A stretch of DNA of 64,000 bases, from the NCBI RefSeq assembly GCF_000315625.1, contig NW_005434646.1, positions 186,001 through 250,000 on the forward strand. The letters are read 5' to 3'. The notes beneath the pieces are model-generated. The model searched no databases and was not told the DNA's origin. It saw only the letters and a program-made list of their open reading frames with translations. Shown here piece after piece: positions 1 through 12,239 of this stretch. This stretch comes from Guillardia theta CCMP2712 (lineage: Eukaryota; Protista; Cryptophyta). Every line of letters begins with the position of its first letter. The stretch's first letter is position 1. The translations under genes and the position numbers were made by a program.

Positions 1-1205
1 TGAACTGCCACCTGGCCCCGCAGCATCTTGTCGTTGTGCCCCTCCAGCTGAGTCTCCAGACAGGTCATGATCGTTGCCGCCGTCCCGCTGATTGTTCGGC
101 CTTCCCGTCTGCGTGCTATCAGTGTTCGGTGAGGGCGTGTTCAACACGGAGGTTTGACCAGCCGCCATCACCCAGCCAAGGGCCATCTGCTCAGGGCGAA
201 TCCAAGGATCCGGACGGTTGGGAGGAGGAACGCGGAACGTTCTCATTGCAACTTGCAGCGGGTTCCCAAACTTCAAGACGTCAAGCAACCATATTTCAAG
301 TCTGAGCTCGGTCGTTTCATCCTCCAGTCGACTCAACGCAGCCAACCCTGAAGAAGAGATTTCGTCCGATGACAAGCCATCTTGGCTGGCGGATCCATAG
401 GTGAAGTCTGTCTGATGCTTCATGCACATGAGATCGAGGTCCAGTTTCTTGGATAGATGAACGATCATTTCTCTCATCCTGTCCTTATCCGCACATATAG
501 GCCATCCTCGTTTCATGAGAGTATGGACCGCAAGGCATGCCGTCCCAACAACAAAGAAATTCCCGAAGTCACGATGCCAATTGGGCCATTTGAAAGCGCT
601 CTTCACAGCTTCGATTGCTTCAAGAATTTCTTCATTGCTTGTCACTCGAACATTTACCGTTTGCCCACTCTGCCCCGGAAATTCAGGGAAGGTCGGAAAC
701 TCGAATCCGCTGAAAGGCCTGATCACCATGATAGTCAGGCATAGAATGGGGAGGTTGCGATGATATGTTCAGACCGGACCTGTTCGAGTTGAGAAAACCA
801 CTTTGGACTGCGGGGCCTTCATGATTGGCATGCATCCCATTGGGAGCATTGGTGGCGGCTCCTTGAGCTTCCAACTCTGGGTCAAGGGTTACCCCGCGAG
901 CATGCACAACATCACATGAAACCTTCTCGAGTTTGCACCAGCGCCACGTTCTCCAGCTTCACTTTGATCCGCTTTCCTCCATCAGTCCTCACACAGAGCA
1001 GCCCCTTCCCAACAATATCCTCCACATACCCCATGTGCCCATTGTAAGAAACACTTCTTTGCAAGCTTTGTAGCATGACCCTATCTCCAATCTGTACCTC
1101 GGCAGGTTCCCCCTCGACGGGAAAGAATGGCCGATCGTCGCAGCGATCATCGTCGCTGCTGACTTCAATGTTGTCCCATCTGCTGTAATCAACATTCCTG
1201 CTCAT
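1..1205 (-). CDS. Multi-exon hypothetical protein (3' end outside window), with an N-terminal DYSRWD-acidic motif and an SH3/KOW-like beta domain
   Basis: Exon 1 reads MSRNVDYSRWDNIEVSSDDD...GDRVMLQSLQ..YNGHMGYV..KRIKVKLENVALV. A minus-strand frame from ~350 to 1 is open (LSRLEDETTELRLEIWLLDVLKFGNPLQVAMRTF...) and runs off the window. Confidence 0.6.
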
Positions 1206-1438
1206 ACTCGCAGCTTCGCTCCTGTATATTCAGACCGTCACGTTCGCACTCCGCCTCTATCTGATCTCCTCGCCCCTCCCCTGAGCTGTTCTGTAGGTAG
1301 ATACCGGTCAACTTCCACCAAGAAGATGCTACCTTCTTCTCCTCCTACTCCTCGTCTCCTTCCCGCGCTTCCTCACTCTCTAACCCTTTTTGCAGCCTCC
1401 TCACCACACCCGCCCAGGATTGACTGAGTGCCACGCCC

Positions 1439-1524
1439 GGCCGGGTCTGTTACACCGGGCCCGGGGAGGTGAGGCCGGGTCTGTTACACCGGGCCCGGGG
1501 AGGCCCGAGGCTCACCTCCCCGGG
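1439..1524. repeat. 31-bp direct repeat plus 14-bp inverted repeat in a CCGG-rich island
   Basis: GGCCGGGTCTGTTACACCGGGCCCGGGGAGG at 1439-1469 and 1473-1503. CCCGGGGAGGTGAG (1460-1473) is the reverse complement of CTCACCTCCCCGGG (1511-1524). Confidence 0.9.
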
Positions 1525-2072
1525 GCCGCCCGGGGAGAGTCAGTCAGGCTGGGCCCCGTGACCCGGGTCAGTCCCTGACGGGCCTTGTAAGAGGGTGCTG
1601 ACTCTGACAGGGGGGGGTTGGTCACCGCGGTATCGAATTTAAAGGGGGTGTGGCGGCGCTGAGTGGTGTAGTGCCAGGCTGGGGGTTGCAGTGAGCCTCG
1701 GAGGGTGGGGGGGTCACCGGGTGGGGGGGGCGGGGGGGCAAGGGTGATGGCAGGGGTACGAGATTATCTGATCTTGTGCGAAGAGGCCGGTAAGCGGAGG
1801 GTGGGTGGGGTGGCGGAAGGGGGGAAGCAGGGGGTGGGAGAACCCAAAGCCTAGTAGTGAGCCTCCGGCAACAGATGCATCAGACCGCACCATGACGTCT
1901 GCGACCGAGACGGCGAGGTGATGGCCGGGGAGAGATGTAGGGGGGAGGATGCGAGGGGAAGGGAAAGAGGGTGAGGTTAGCAGGCGCTGCTATGAGCATG
2001 AGAACGAGACAGGAACCATACGCTCCTCCCTGGCTGCCATAGCTGCCCGGGCACGTGAGCTTGTTGCCGCCC

Positions 2073-3257
2073 ATGCTCGGATTCTGCATCTCACCCCTTC
2101 TTGAGACAGCAAGTCTGACTGCTCGCATTGGTTTCAGGCGATCATGTTCAATCACTACACTTTCCATCATTATCTTTCTTTTCAGTGATCAATTGCTGTC
2201 ATCTTTCACAAAATCTTCTTATGATTTTTATGACGAAAACACGGCTGTAGGGCAAAGCGTGGGACGAGCTGGATATAACTTTAGCAAACTGATTTCTGAT
2301 TTCCGGAGCCAGACGGCAACTTTCCTTATCAATGCATTTGCAGAATATCCAAATTCATCCAAAATTGTTTCTTGGAACCGGAACAGGACAGTTAGCAAGA
2401 CGACGCCGGTTGGGAATAGTACTTCAATTTTGGTGTCAAAGATCGTACTGCCAATACAACCAATTCGTCAAAACGCAACTGTTTCGGTGGTGTCACAAAA
2501 CCAAATATCTCTGAAAAATGTCACAACGCTGATGGCCAAGCAAAATCCTCACATCACGACAACTTCCAGTCAAGGTTTTGTAAGCAAGAATGATGTGTTC
2601 AGGAACAGAGCGAACAGTAGATTCAGCAGGTGTCGTCAAGTCTTGGTCAACTCGCAAGGAGGAGTAGGCTCTAGCGCATTCATGGAGTTGCTACAAAAGA
2701 ATCATGTCTTGATGAATTCTCCAGAAGACGTGGATGGTTTCAAGCACAGACCGGCAGATCATTTCCGGCATGACAGCGATGGGATCTATCTGTTCGGAAG
2801 GTTTGCATGCGCATCCAAAGCTTTGGTGATCCTGGGGGATCCGCTCCACTCCATCGAGAGTGTCTACCGCCGTTTCAGCGTTGATCACATCAACAAATGG
2901 CGGGAGTATGCGCAGAAGCCGCCTTACCACCGGCGCACCAGACTCGCTGACTTGTGGGCAGAGATGCGAATTCTGCGGCAGGACACGACTGGCTTGACCA
3001 ACTACATAAACAGCTGGTTGAGAGCAAAGAATGAGCCGACTTGGCCTCAATTGCGCCTTGTGACCACCAAGAGCTTGTATGAACATGCAGCTGATCACGC
3101 GAAGTTCCTTGGGGTTCGCGAAGAAAATTTGCTTCCCTTCAAGCAGTTGGCATACAATCCAAGGCCATTCAGATCTTCGGCCCCAGCAGATGTGCAAGCA
3201 ATGTTTGGTCCTATCAAGGTCAAGATCGATCAGTTGGAGGCTAGTTCTGACTCGTAA
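2073..3257 (+). CDS. Intronless type II membrane protein, putative Golgi sulfotransferase-like (P-loop fold)
   Basis: Uninterrupted ~394-aa ORF with an N-terminal hydrophobic anchor (ITTLSIIIFLF) and an N-glycosylation-rich stem. VLVNSQGGVGSSAFMELL resembles a 5'-PSB/P-loop, and ILGDPLHSIESVYRR resembles the 3'-PB motif. Confidence 0.6.
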   Translation: MLGFCISPLLETASLTARIGFRRSCSITTLSIIIFLFSDQLLSSFTKSSYDFYDENTAVGQSVGRAGYNFSKLISDFRSQTATFLINAFAEYPNSSKIVSWNRNRTVSKTTPVGNSTSILVSKIVLPIQPIRQNATVSVVSQNQISLKNVTTLMAKQNPHITTTSSQGFVSKNDVFRNRANSRFSRCRQVLVNSQGGVGSSAFMELLQKNHVLMNSPEDVDGFKHRPADHFRHDSDGIYLFGRFACASKALVILGDPLHSIESVYRRFSVDHINKWREYAQKPPYHRRTRLADLWAEMRILRQDTTGLTNYINSWLRAKNEPTWPQLRLVTTKSLYEHAADHAKFLGVREENLLPFKQLAYNPRPFRSSAPADVQAMFGPIKVKIDQLEASSDS

Positions 3258-3785
3258 ATCAGTTGGGAACTTCGGACCGGCCAGGTATGAATGTTAATAG
3301 AAACTTTATTATTGTAAACTTGCAAGTCATGATCGCACTCCGAGGCTTACTGATTCCATTGATCATGCCGGCACGAACTTTGGAACCAAAAAGATCTTGC
3401 CGCTTCACTCAGTGACTTCGGATGAGCCCGGTGACACCCGGTACAAACTTGCGGCCATAGTTGGAAGTTTCGGAGTTTCAAAGTTTCCCAGAAGTTTCAA
3501 ACTTATCGAGTTGAGTCCCTTCACTGCTCCTGCTCTCCTGCTGCTCCTGCTGCTCCTGCTGATCCTGCTGCTCCTGTTCTCCTCATCTTCCCCTTTTTCT
3601 TCTCCTCATCTTCTCCTCATCTCCACCTCTTCTCTTCTCCCCCATCCTCTCCTCCTCTCCTCCTCTCATCTCCACCACCTCCTCCACCCTCCTCCTTCCT
3701 CCCCCTTTTCTCGACCTATCGTAGTGATTCTTGTTCTTCGATCCTCTCTGCAGCTTCATCTGAATTCTCTTCATCAACATCTTGA

Positions 3786-5307
3786 ATGCGGTCATCGAAT
3801 GTGAAGATCTCTCTGATCTGCATGTCCATCTTCATGCATTTCTCGATTTCTTCGGAGGGATCGCGGTATATCCACGCGCTCGCACGACCTCCTCCCTCTG
3901 ACAGACGGGGCAGGGAAACTTCAGCATGCCTCAGCTCGTTGACGTCTTTGGACGTGGCAGCGGCACAGAGGCAAGTCCAGGCTCTTCGCTTGCTGTGCAC
4001 AGAGCGATTCTGATGGGTGCGAAGATGGGACGAAAAGAAAGATCTCGTCCTCGGGTACCCTCACCCTCCCAGTCTTAGTCCTTGTCCTTGTTCTCGATTG
4101 CTGGATATTGAGCTGATATGATGACGATGACAGGTGGGATTTGAATGAAAGGTTCAGCGATAAAGATATTGGAATCACGGAATATGTTAAGAAAAGACGC
4201 AAAGGTCTTCATTTCTTCTTCTTCTTCATTTCTTCTTCTGATGGAGATTTCATGTGTTCGAAGGTGTCGGAGGAACAATCAAGTCGCGGTGGTCTGATTT
4301 CAGAGTATTTGCTGTATTGAAACCTTGGCTGTACCTTCTTACACAGTATGTAAGGTTTTGGAGATTCGAGGCGATGATCAGAAAATCATCACGTTGAAAG
4401 ATGATGGAAAAATACCAGAACGGTGAAAGTGGCGAGAACAGGTTTTGGAAGTCTGACGACTGTGAAAGATTGAAAGGCCAGCGATATCTACGGATGATCC
4501 TAGCAAAAATAGGATACGACACCATATCTGCAGTAGGAAGGTATGGCAGATTGATGGCATACAAGTTAACTATGATGATGGTTGTACAAACAAACAGGCT
4601 GTCGACGTGGTTGGGGATCAATCGGAATCTCTTTAGCTTCGCTGGGATCAAAGACAAGAGTGCAATAACCTGTCAAGAGGTAATGGTTTGCGATCCGTCT
4701 GCAATCCTTTGATCGTTATGTGTGGGCAGCTTGTACTGGATGCCGAAGGTATATCGGATCCCTGCTTGGAGAGGTTGAGAAACGTGAGGGATGAAGAAAG
4801 AGCCATGGCACGATTTCACCTTGCGACAGATTTCTTCTTGGCTTCCAAGAATGAAACTTGGACACTTTGAGTGAATTTCATGTGAAGTTCTTACCTCCCT
4901 CCTGACTTGTCCGGTCCTTGAAGGTGGGTCGAGGCGCCTCTACGAGCCGGAGTGAGCGGAGGAAATCACTTTCGGGAAGGGCCTCGTTTGTCTTGAATCA
5001 ATCCCTTGACCTGTTTTTATCCTCTTCCACCCCTCCTTGTGTCTACGGGAAAACTTTGTCCTGCCTGCCTGAGATCTTTGTCAACAGATACTTGTTCGAG
5101 ATCTCAATACATACAAGGAGAAGAGGGTCGAGAAAGCGATCAAGACCGTGAGGAAACGAGGGTTCTTGAACTACTACGGGCACCAGGTCGGCCTACCTCA
5201 TTGTGTTTTCCTGCAGTCACTGTTCATCTCAGAGATTTGGCCTTGCTATGAGATCTGGAATGCCGACGATCATGGTGGGGAAGGCGCTGCTGCAGGCAAT
5301 CAGCTCT

Positions 5308-5359
<52 letters not shown>

Positions 5360-5432
5360 TGTCCTCGTCCTTGTCCTCGTCCTTGTCCTCGTCCTCGTCC
5401 TCGTCCTCGTCCTTGTCCTTGTCCTTGTCCTT

Positions 5433-5467
<35 letters not shown>

Positions 5468-6108
5468 TGTCCTCGTCCTCGTCCTCGTCTTCGTCCTCGT
5501 CCTCGTCCTCGTCCTCGGCCTCGTCCTCGTCCTCGTCCTCGTCCTCCTCGCCTAGTTCTCATCGATCTGCAGGAGCGCTGGTCTGACGCCATCCAACTTG
5601 TGATGAGCACAGAGTTTGCTGGCGATGAGAAGGAGCGAAAGGCCAAAGAAACCTTTTCAAACGAATATAAGAAGGTCCGTGATGTCAATCATTCATGTGC
5701 TGTGCTGTGCTGTGCTGTGCTGTGCTGTGCTGTGCTGTGCTGTGCTGTGCTGTGCTGTGCTGTGCTGTGCTGTGCTGTGCTGTGCTGTGCTGTGCTGTGC
5801 TGTGCTGTGCTGTGCTGTGCTGTGCTGTGCTGTGCTGTGCTGTGCTGTGCTGTGCTGTGCTGTGCTGTATTTAATCTTCCTCTTTTCTTTCCATATTCAC
5901 AATATTTTTAATGTTTTAGTCCTCTTGCCTGACCTTCTTTATCCAGATTATGTCTACAAGGTCATTCGACGCGAACAGATTGCGAGAGATCTCTAGTGAT
6001 TTTTGGCACTGACTTTCAGTTCTCACTTCTGACTGTTTCCCCAAGGAATCGCAACTACAAAGCTTCCAACACATTGCTTCGGGGAACTTTCTCTGATGAA
6101 GTCAAGTC

Positions 6109-6149
<41 letters not shown>

Positions 6150-6816
6150 TCTCCCTCCCTCTCGTTCTCCCTCTTTCTCCTCCTCCCTTCCTCCCTTCTT
6201 CCCTTCCTCCCTTCCTCCTCCTGTTTTCTGCCCTCACCTTCTCCTCCTCCACCTCCTCCACTTGCTTCTGACATTGCACAGATCTCTGAGCGAGGGAAGG
6301 AGCATGGAGGCATCCCTGCGGTCAATGCCGCACAAGAGCATGTACATGCTGGGTGAGGATGTGCGGAAGAGTTACCCCAGCCAGCTCAACGACCTTGCCA
6401 GCATACTGGAGCTCGTTGTGGAACAAGTTTATCTCCTGCCGTGTGGAGAAGTTTGGAGTATCAACATGTTTATTTGCACGTTCTTGTCTGCTGACTTGAC
6501 CCGTTCAAGTGTAAACGGGTCGTTGAAGGAGACATCGTCTCTACCGATGGGTCCGCCCTCGGTCGTCCTGCTCCGCCTTCCTCCTCTTCCTCCTGATTTC
6601 TCTGCAGGACCGGAGGAGAGGATCACCAGCTACCAGATCGTCTCGCGGGAGGATGCGAAGAGCAAGAAATTCTCCATTCGCGATGTGGTATCCTCGTGCT
6701 CCTCGTCCTCCTCCTGCTCCTCCTTCTTGTACGTTGCTTCTGCTTCCACTTCGCCAGCCCCCCCTCCCCCCCCCCCCAACGTACCTTTCTCTTAGTTGGC
6801 GTTCTTCTTCCCTTCA

Positions 6817-6905
<89 letters not shown>

Positions 6906-7014
6906 TTTTCCCTTGCTCGTAGGTGCTGCCGCTTCCTGGCTACGGGCTCAACGACTTTCCTCTCCCTAAAAACAAGGCAGGAGAGCAGATGGTGAGGTGA
7001 AGAGGAAGGAGGGG

Positions 7015-7074
<60 letters not shown>

Positions 7075-7772
7075 GATGATGATGATGATAAAGAGGAGGA
7101 GCAGGAGGAGGAGAGAAGTTGCAAGGCTCGAGGGGAGGGGATGAAATAGAAAGAGAAAAGTGCCAGGAAGACATTGAAGGAGGGCTGAGATGATGATGAA
7201 GTAGAAGTGGAGCCGGAGGGAGGAGCCGCACCCACAGCAAGCCGTGACGTCTCCGTTCAGAAGCAGATACTGCAGCAGGAAGGGATCGAGCCGGCGATCT
7301 TCGCAACTCGGGGGCATCCCTGGCTCAAGTCGAGGCTGCCCTGCCTGTGAGGTTGGCCGACGGTCTGCTCGGGAAGGTGAAGGGACGTGTTCAGGTTCCG
7401 TCACTTGATTGTAAGGCCCGTGGGCGTCTCCTCAAGGATACTCTTCTACCGCACTGAGAGCGATCTTGACGTGAGAGCGACGTGTTGGAGTTCGGGTGGG
7501 TGAGAGTGCGGGCAGGTTGAGGACGACGAGGCAGGAGGGAGTTTCACGTCTAGAGCGAGGGTCTCGGGGAGGAGGGAGAAGAAGAAGGCAAAGACAGCGC
7601 TCATGTTGACTTTCTCGCTCCCTCCCGGAAGCTTCGCAACGTGCTTGCTGAGGTTGGGGATGGAATGACATGTACTGTACACAACGAGTCTGAACGTCCT
7701 CGCAGGGAAGTGATGAAGGAATCTGTACACCCGTCTCGACAATGCGATCTGAGGAATCAATGCATGAGATGA
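3786..7772 (+). CDS. PUS7: tRNA pseudouridine(13) synthase TruD/PUS7 family, multi-exon
   Basis: Motifs occur in order across exons: DIGITEYV (~4165), GTIKSRWSDFRV (~4270), FSFAGIKDKSAITCQ (catalytic Asp, ~4630), GFLNYYGHQ/RFG (~5160-5240), VLPLPG (~6922), LTFSLPPGSFATCLLRE (~7605-7710). The start codon is uncertain. Confidence 0.9.
5288..5550. repeat. (TCCTCG/TCCTTG)n microsatellite inside a PUS7 intron
   Basis: Direct inspection; the tract proper starts ~5308. Confidence 0.95.
5697..5868. repeat. (GTGCT)n pentanucleotide microsatellite inside a PUS7 intron
   Basis: Perfect TGTGC array of about 34 units. Confidence 0.95.
6819..7088. repeat. (CTCGTC)n and (GAT)n intronic microsatellites flanking a short PUS7 exon
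   Basis: CTCGTC array at 6819-6905 and GAT array at 7017-7088. Confidence 0.9.
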
Positions 7773-7819
7773 GAATAAAAGATCAATCTGCAGGATATTC
7801 GTATGGCACCCACGATCTT

Positions 7820-9140
<1,321 letters not shown>

Positions 9141-9171
9141 GAGGAGGAGGAGGAATGTTGAACTCGACTAC

Positions 9172-10027
9172 TCACTGATTTGCCATGAGATCATGGAGTA
9201 GGAGCATGGTGTCAATGTGCCCGTTCCTCTCTGCCCAGTCCATCGGAGTGAACCCCTCAGCCGTCCGCGCGAAGAGATCAGCCCCGTGCTCTGCTAAGAC
9301 CCTGACTGTTTCTGTGTGTCCGCGCATGGCGGCATGGTGAAGGGGAGTGAAGTGCGTCTTCGACCTCAACTCCAGGTTCGCCTTGTGCTGTGCAAGACTG
9401 GAAGGAACAAGTGAGAGCTCACGAGTGAAGGAAAAAAGGGGGGGGGGGGGGAGGAGGAGGAGGAGGGAGGCGGAGGGAGGCGGACGTGGAGGAAAAGGAG
9501 GAGGAGGAGGAGGAGGAGGAGGATACATGCTGACGGCCTCTGATCGCCCATAGCGCGTTGCGAAGTGCAAGGGCGTCCACATTCCAACCCCCTGCAAGGC
9601 GTGAGGAGAGATGGAGGGCGAGCATGCAGCACCTGCAGTTGACATCTGCGCCGGATTCGATGGTGAGGGGGATCGTATCCGGAGTGTTCGACTCTGACTG
9701 AGCCAGGAGCACGTCGTTGAGCTCCTTGTTGGCACAGAACTTGTCCACAGCATCCAGACTGGTCCAGGTCTGTAGGGATATGCCCCCTCCTCGCAGAGCA
9801 AGGAGCGGATGGGTGCGGAGAGGAGAACGAGAAACGGGCAGGAGGGTGTGGGGATGGTACAAGGAGGAAGACGATGATGGAGGAGAGGAGGGAGGAGAGG
9901 AGGGGGAGAGGAGGGAAGAGGAAAAAGAAGAGGAGAGGAGAGGAGAGGAAGACAGGGACACGGGGGCAGCGAGTAGGCCGAAGAGCATCAGCATCAGCAT
10001 CAGCATGGCAGCGGGCGGATGCGGCAT
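9172..10027 (-). CDS. Small ankyrin-repeat protein with signal peptide and LRGG-ending presequence (3 exons)
   Basis: MLMLMLMLFGLLAAPVSLS, then a Ser/Pro linker, then PLLALRGGG. Ankyrin motifs are GADVN, WTPLHFATRYG, FTPLHHAAMRGHTETVRVLAEHGAD and GFTPMDWA. Confidence 0.85.
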
Positions 10028-10281
10028 TGCGGGGGAAAACCCAGCCCGCCTCAATAATTCACAGAAATCTCCCCGACGACTAAGGCTGGGCCGTTGCAAC
10101 GCACAGTTTCCTCCCGGCCTACCGGGGCCTCCTGGTCCTCCTTCAGTTCTCTCCTGGTCCTCCTTCCCATCCTCTCGGGTCTTCATCCTCCTCCTCCTTC
10201 CCATCCTCTCGGTCTTCGTCCACCCCTTCCCTCCTTTTCGAGGTGTACTGAGCAGCAGTTTAATATAACTCGCACGTTGAC

Positions 10282-11442
10282 TCAGTTTAGCACACAACTC
10301 TCGTAGGTGGGCACCATGTACTTGATGTTGATAAACGCGTCTTCCCCTCCGTTCGCTTCAAACAGCTCCAACGTCTCCTGCACGGCGACGTCAATTTCAG
10401 GAAACACAAGCAGCACGCAACGCAACCAACCTGAATCAGGTCGCCCAGGTTCACGCGCTTTCTCTGATTGTAGACAATCTTATCACCCACGTTAACATTG
10501 TTGTTTTTGAACAGGTTGAAGATCGGCAGGAGCTGCCGGTAGTAGGGGACCAGGGCCTCTCCTATCATGTCGCCCGAGATCACGAGCTGCTGGAGGACCT
10601 TGAGGACGACGACGATCACTGCGGGGTCCCTTGTGTTGAGCGCCTAGAGCACATGTCAGACAGCTGCAGGAAGGAGGATCTATCTTGACCGTCTTGAAGG
10701 GAATGATGAGCTGGGGGATGACAGGCAGGATCTTTCCTCCCCCGTGTTCCAACATATCGAAGGTCCCCTGGATTGCAAGGAAGCGGTAGGGCTCCTCTTT
10801 CTCCCGAAGGCCTGCACGATGGGCGACAGCAGGGATCAGTTTCAGTGAGGAGGAAGCAAAACTCCTGACACTAGAACACTCACCGTCAACGAAGATCGGA
10901 AGGTAGTGATGGTAATCCAACTTCTCAATGTCCACTTTCCACTGGATTCGATTCCCAGCCCCGCTGTGCTCCACGGCGATCGGCAGGTCGCCCCTCTCAT
11001 AGAAGCGACGGAACTCTGTGTTGGGAGGGTTCGAGCGCATCGTCAGCGCCCCTGCCCTGGGTTTTTCCACGGGCTTCGCCGTCGCTAGGGGCTTTGCCAA
11101 GGAGTTGAAAGCGCCACCAGGAGCGTCCGGGTGGCAGGGCTGCCGCGCTCGTTGGAAGATGGTTGGACCCTGCTTGCCTCGAGGATAGAAGTACTCTCCT
11201 GTTGCGTTCTTGTACCTCGGCTCGTCGTCAAGGGCTGGGGCTGGACGAGCGATGGGTTTTGGCGGGCCATGCCCACCGGCACGGTTGTACCGCCAATCGG
11301 TTTCTCGAAGAGGGAGGGTGCGGTCGAAAGGAGACCCCGTCTGCGGATGAAGCTTGAAGACTTCTTCTCCCTTGATATGCACCATCATATAGTCGTTGAC
11401 CATCGCTTCTGTAGCGGTGTTCTTGTTGTTGAAAGTTGTCAT
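10282..11442 (-). CDS. PACRG: Parkin co-regulated gene protein (axonemal inner junction)
   Basis: [64 protein letters not shown] and [15 protein letters not shown], joined by short GT-AG introns. Confidence 0.95.
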
Positions 11443-12239
11443 ATTTGTAGCGAGTGGAAAAATCAGGACTGAGAACTCTTACGGCAGTTAGGAAGAGGGA
11501 AGGAAGCTCGAGTAGTCAAGACCACAGGGTGAAGATAGAGGAAGAGAGGGAGAGGAACGAGGCGAACCCTCGAGCAGAGGGAAGAGGAGAGAGAGGAGAG
11601 AGAGGGGAGGGAGGGAGGGAGAGAGGGAGGAAGGGAGGAGGGAGGGAGGGGGGGGGTCAAGTGCGTGTGCCTGCAAGTCAGGAGGGGAGGGTAGAGAGGA
11701 GGAAGGAGGGAGACAAGTCTTGCTATAGAGGTAGGGTGGATAATTTTGGGGGGTTGGGTAATAGACCCTACCTATCCAAGACCTCTTAATTGATGTTTTA
11801 TATTGGGGTATATTTCCAATAGACACCGATTTGGAAGGGGTCAGGATCAGCCATAAGTTTAATTCTGAGGGTGTAGGGGGTGGGGGTGGACCCAATGCTA
11901 ACTGCCAACCGTCAGTTTCCACAGTGAACCCTCGTCCACCCTACCACCCTCCTTTTGTTAATATTTCACCACCCCACCACCAATTTGGATGGACTTAGTA
12001 CCGGTATATAACAAAAATTGAGTACCCCACCATCATGATTTACCGTCTTGGGTTGTCTGTTGTGCAGTTCGCAGAGACCACTCGCGGGTATGAGAGCGAC
12101 AGGGGAGGAGGACGAGAGAGGGAGGGAGGGAGGGAGGGAGGGAGGGGCGGACATAGAGGAAGGCACTGAGGGAGGGAGGGAGGGAGGGAGGGAGGGAGGG
12201 GAGGGAGGTAGGGAGGAGGAGAAAACTCAGTGCAACTCA

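Noticed and set aside
5148-6000. RG-repeat, polySer, LV-repeat and CCAVL-repeat ORFs
   Set aside because: Translations of microsatellites in PUS7 introns.
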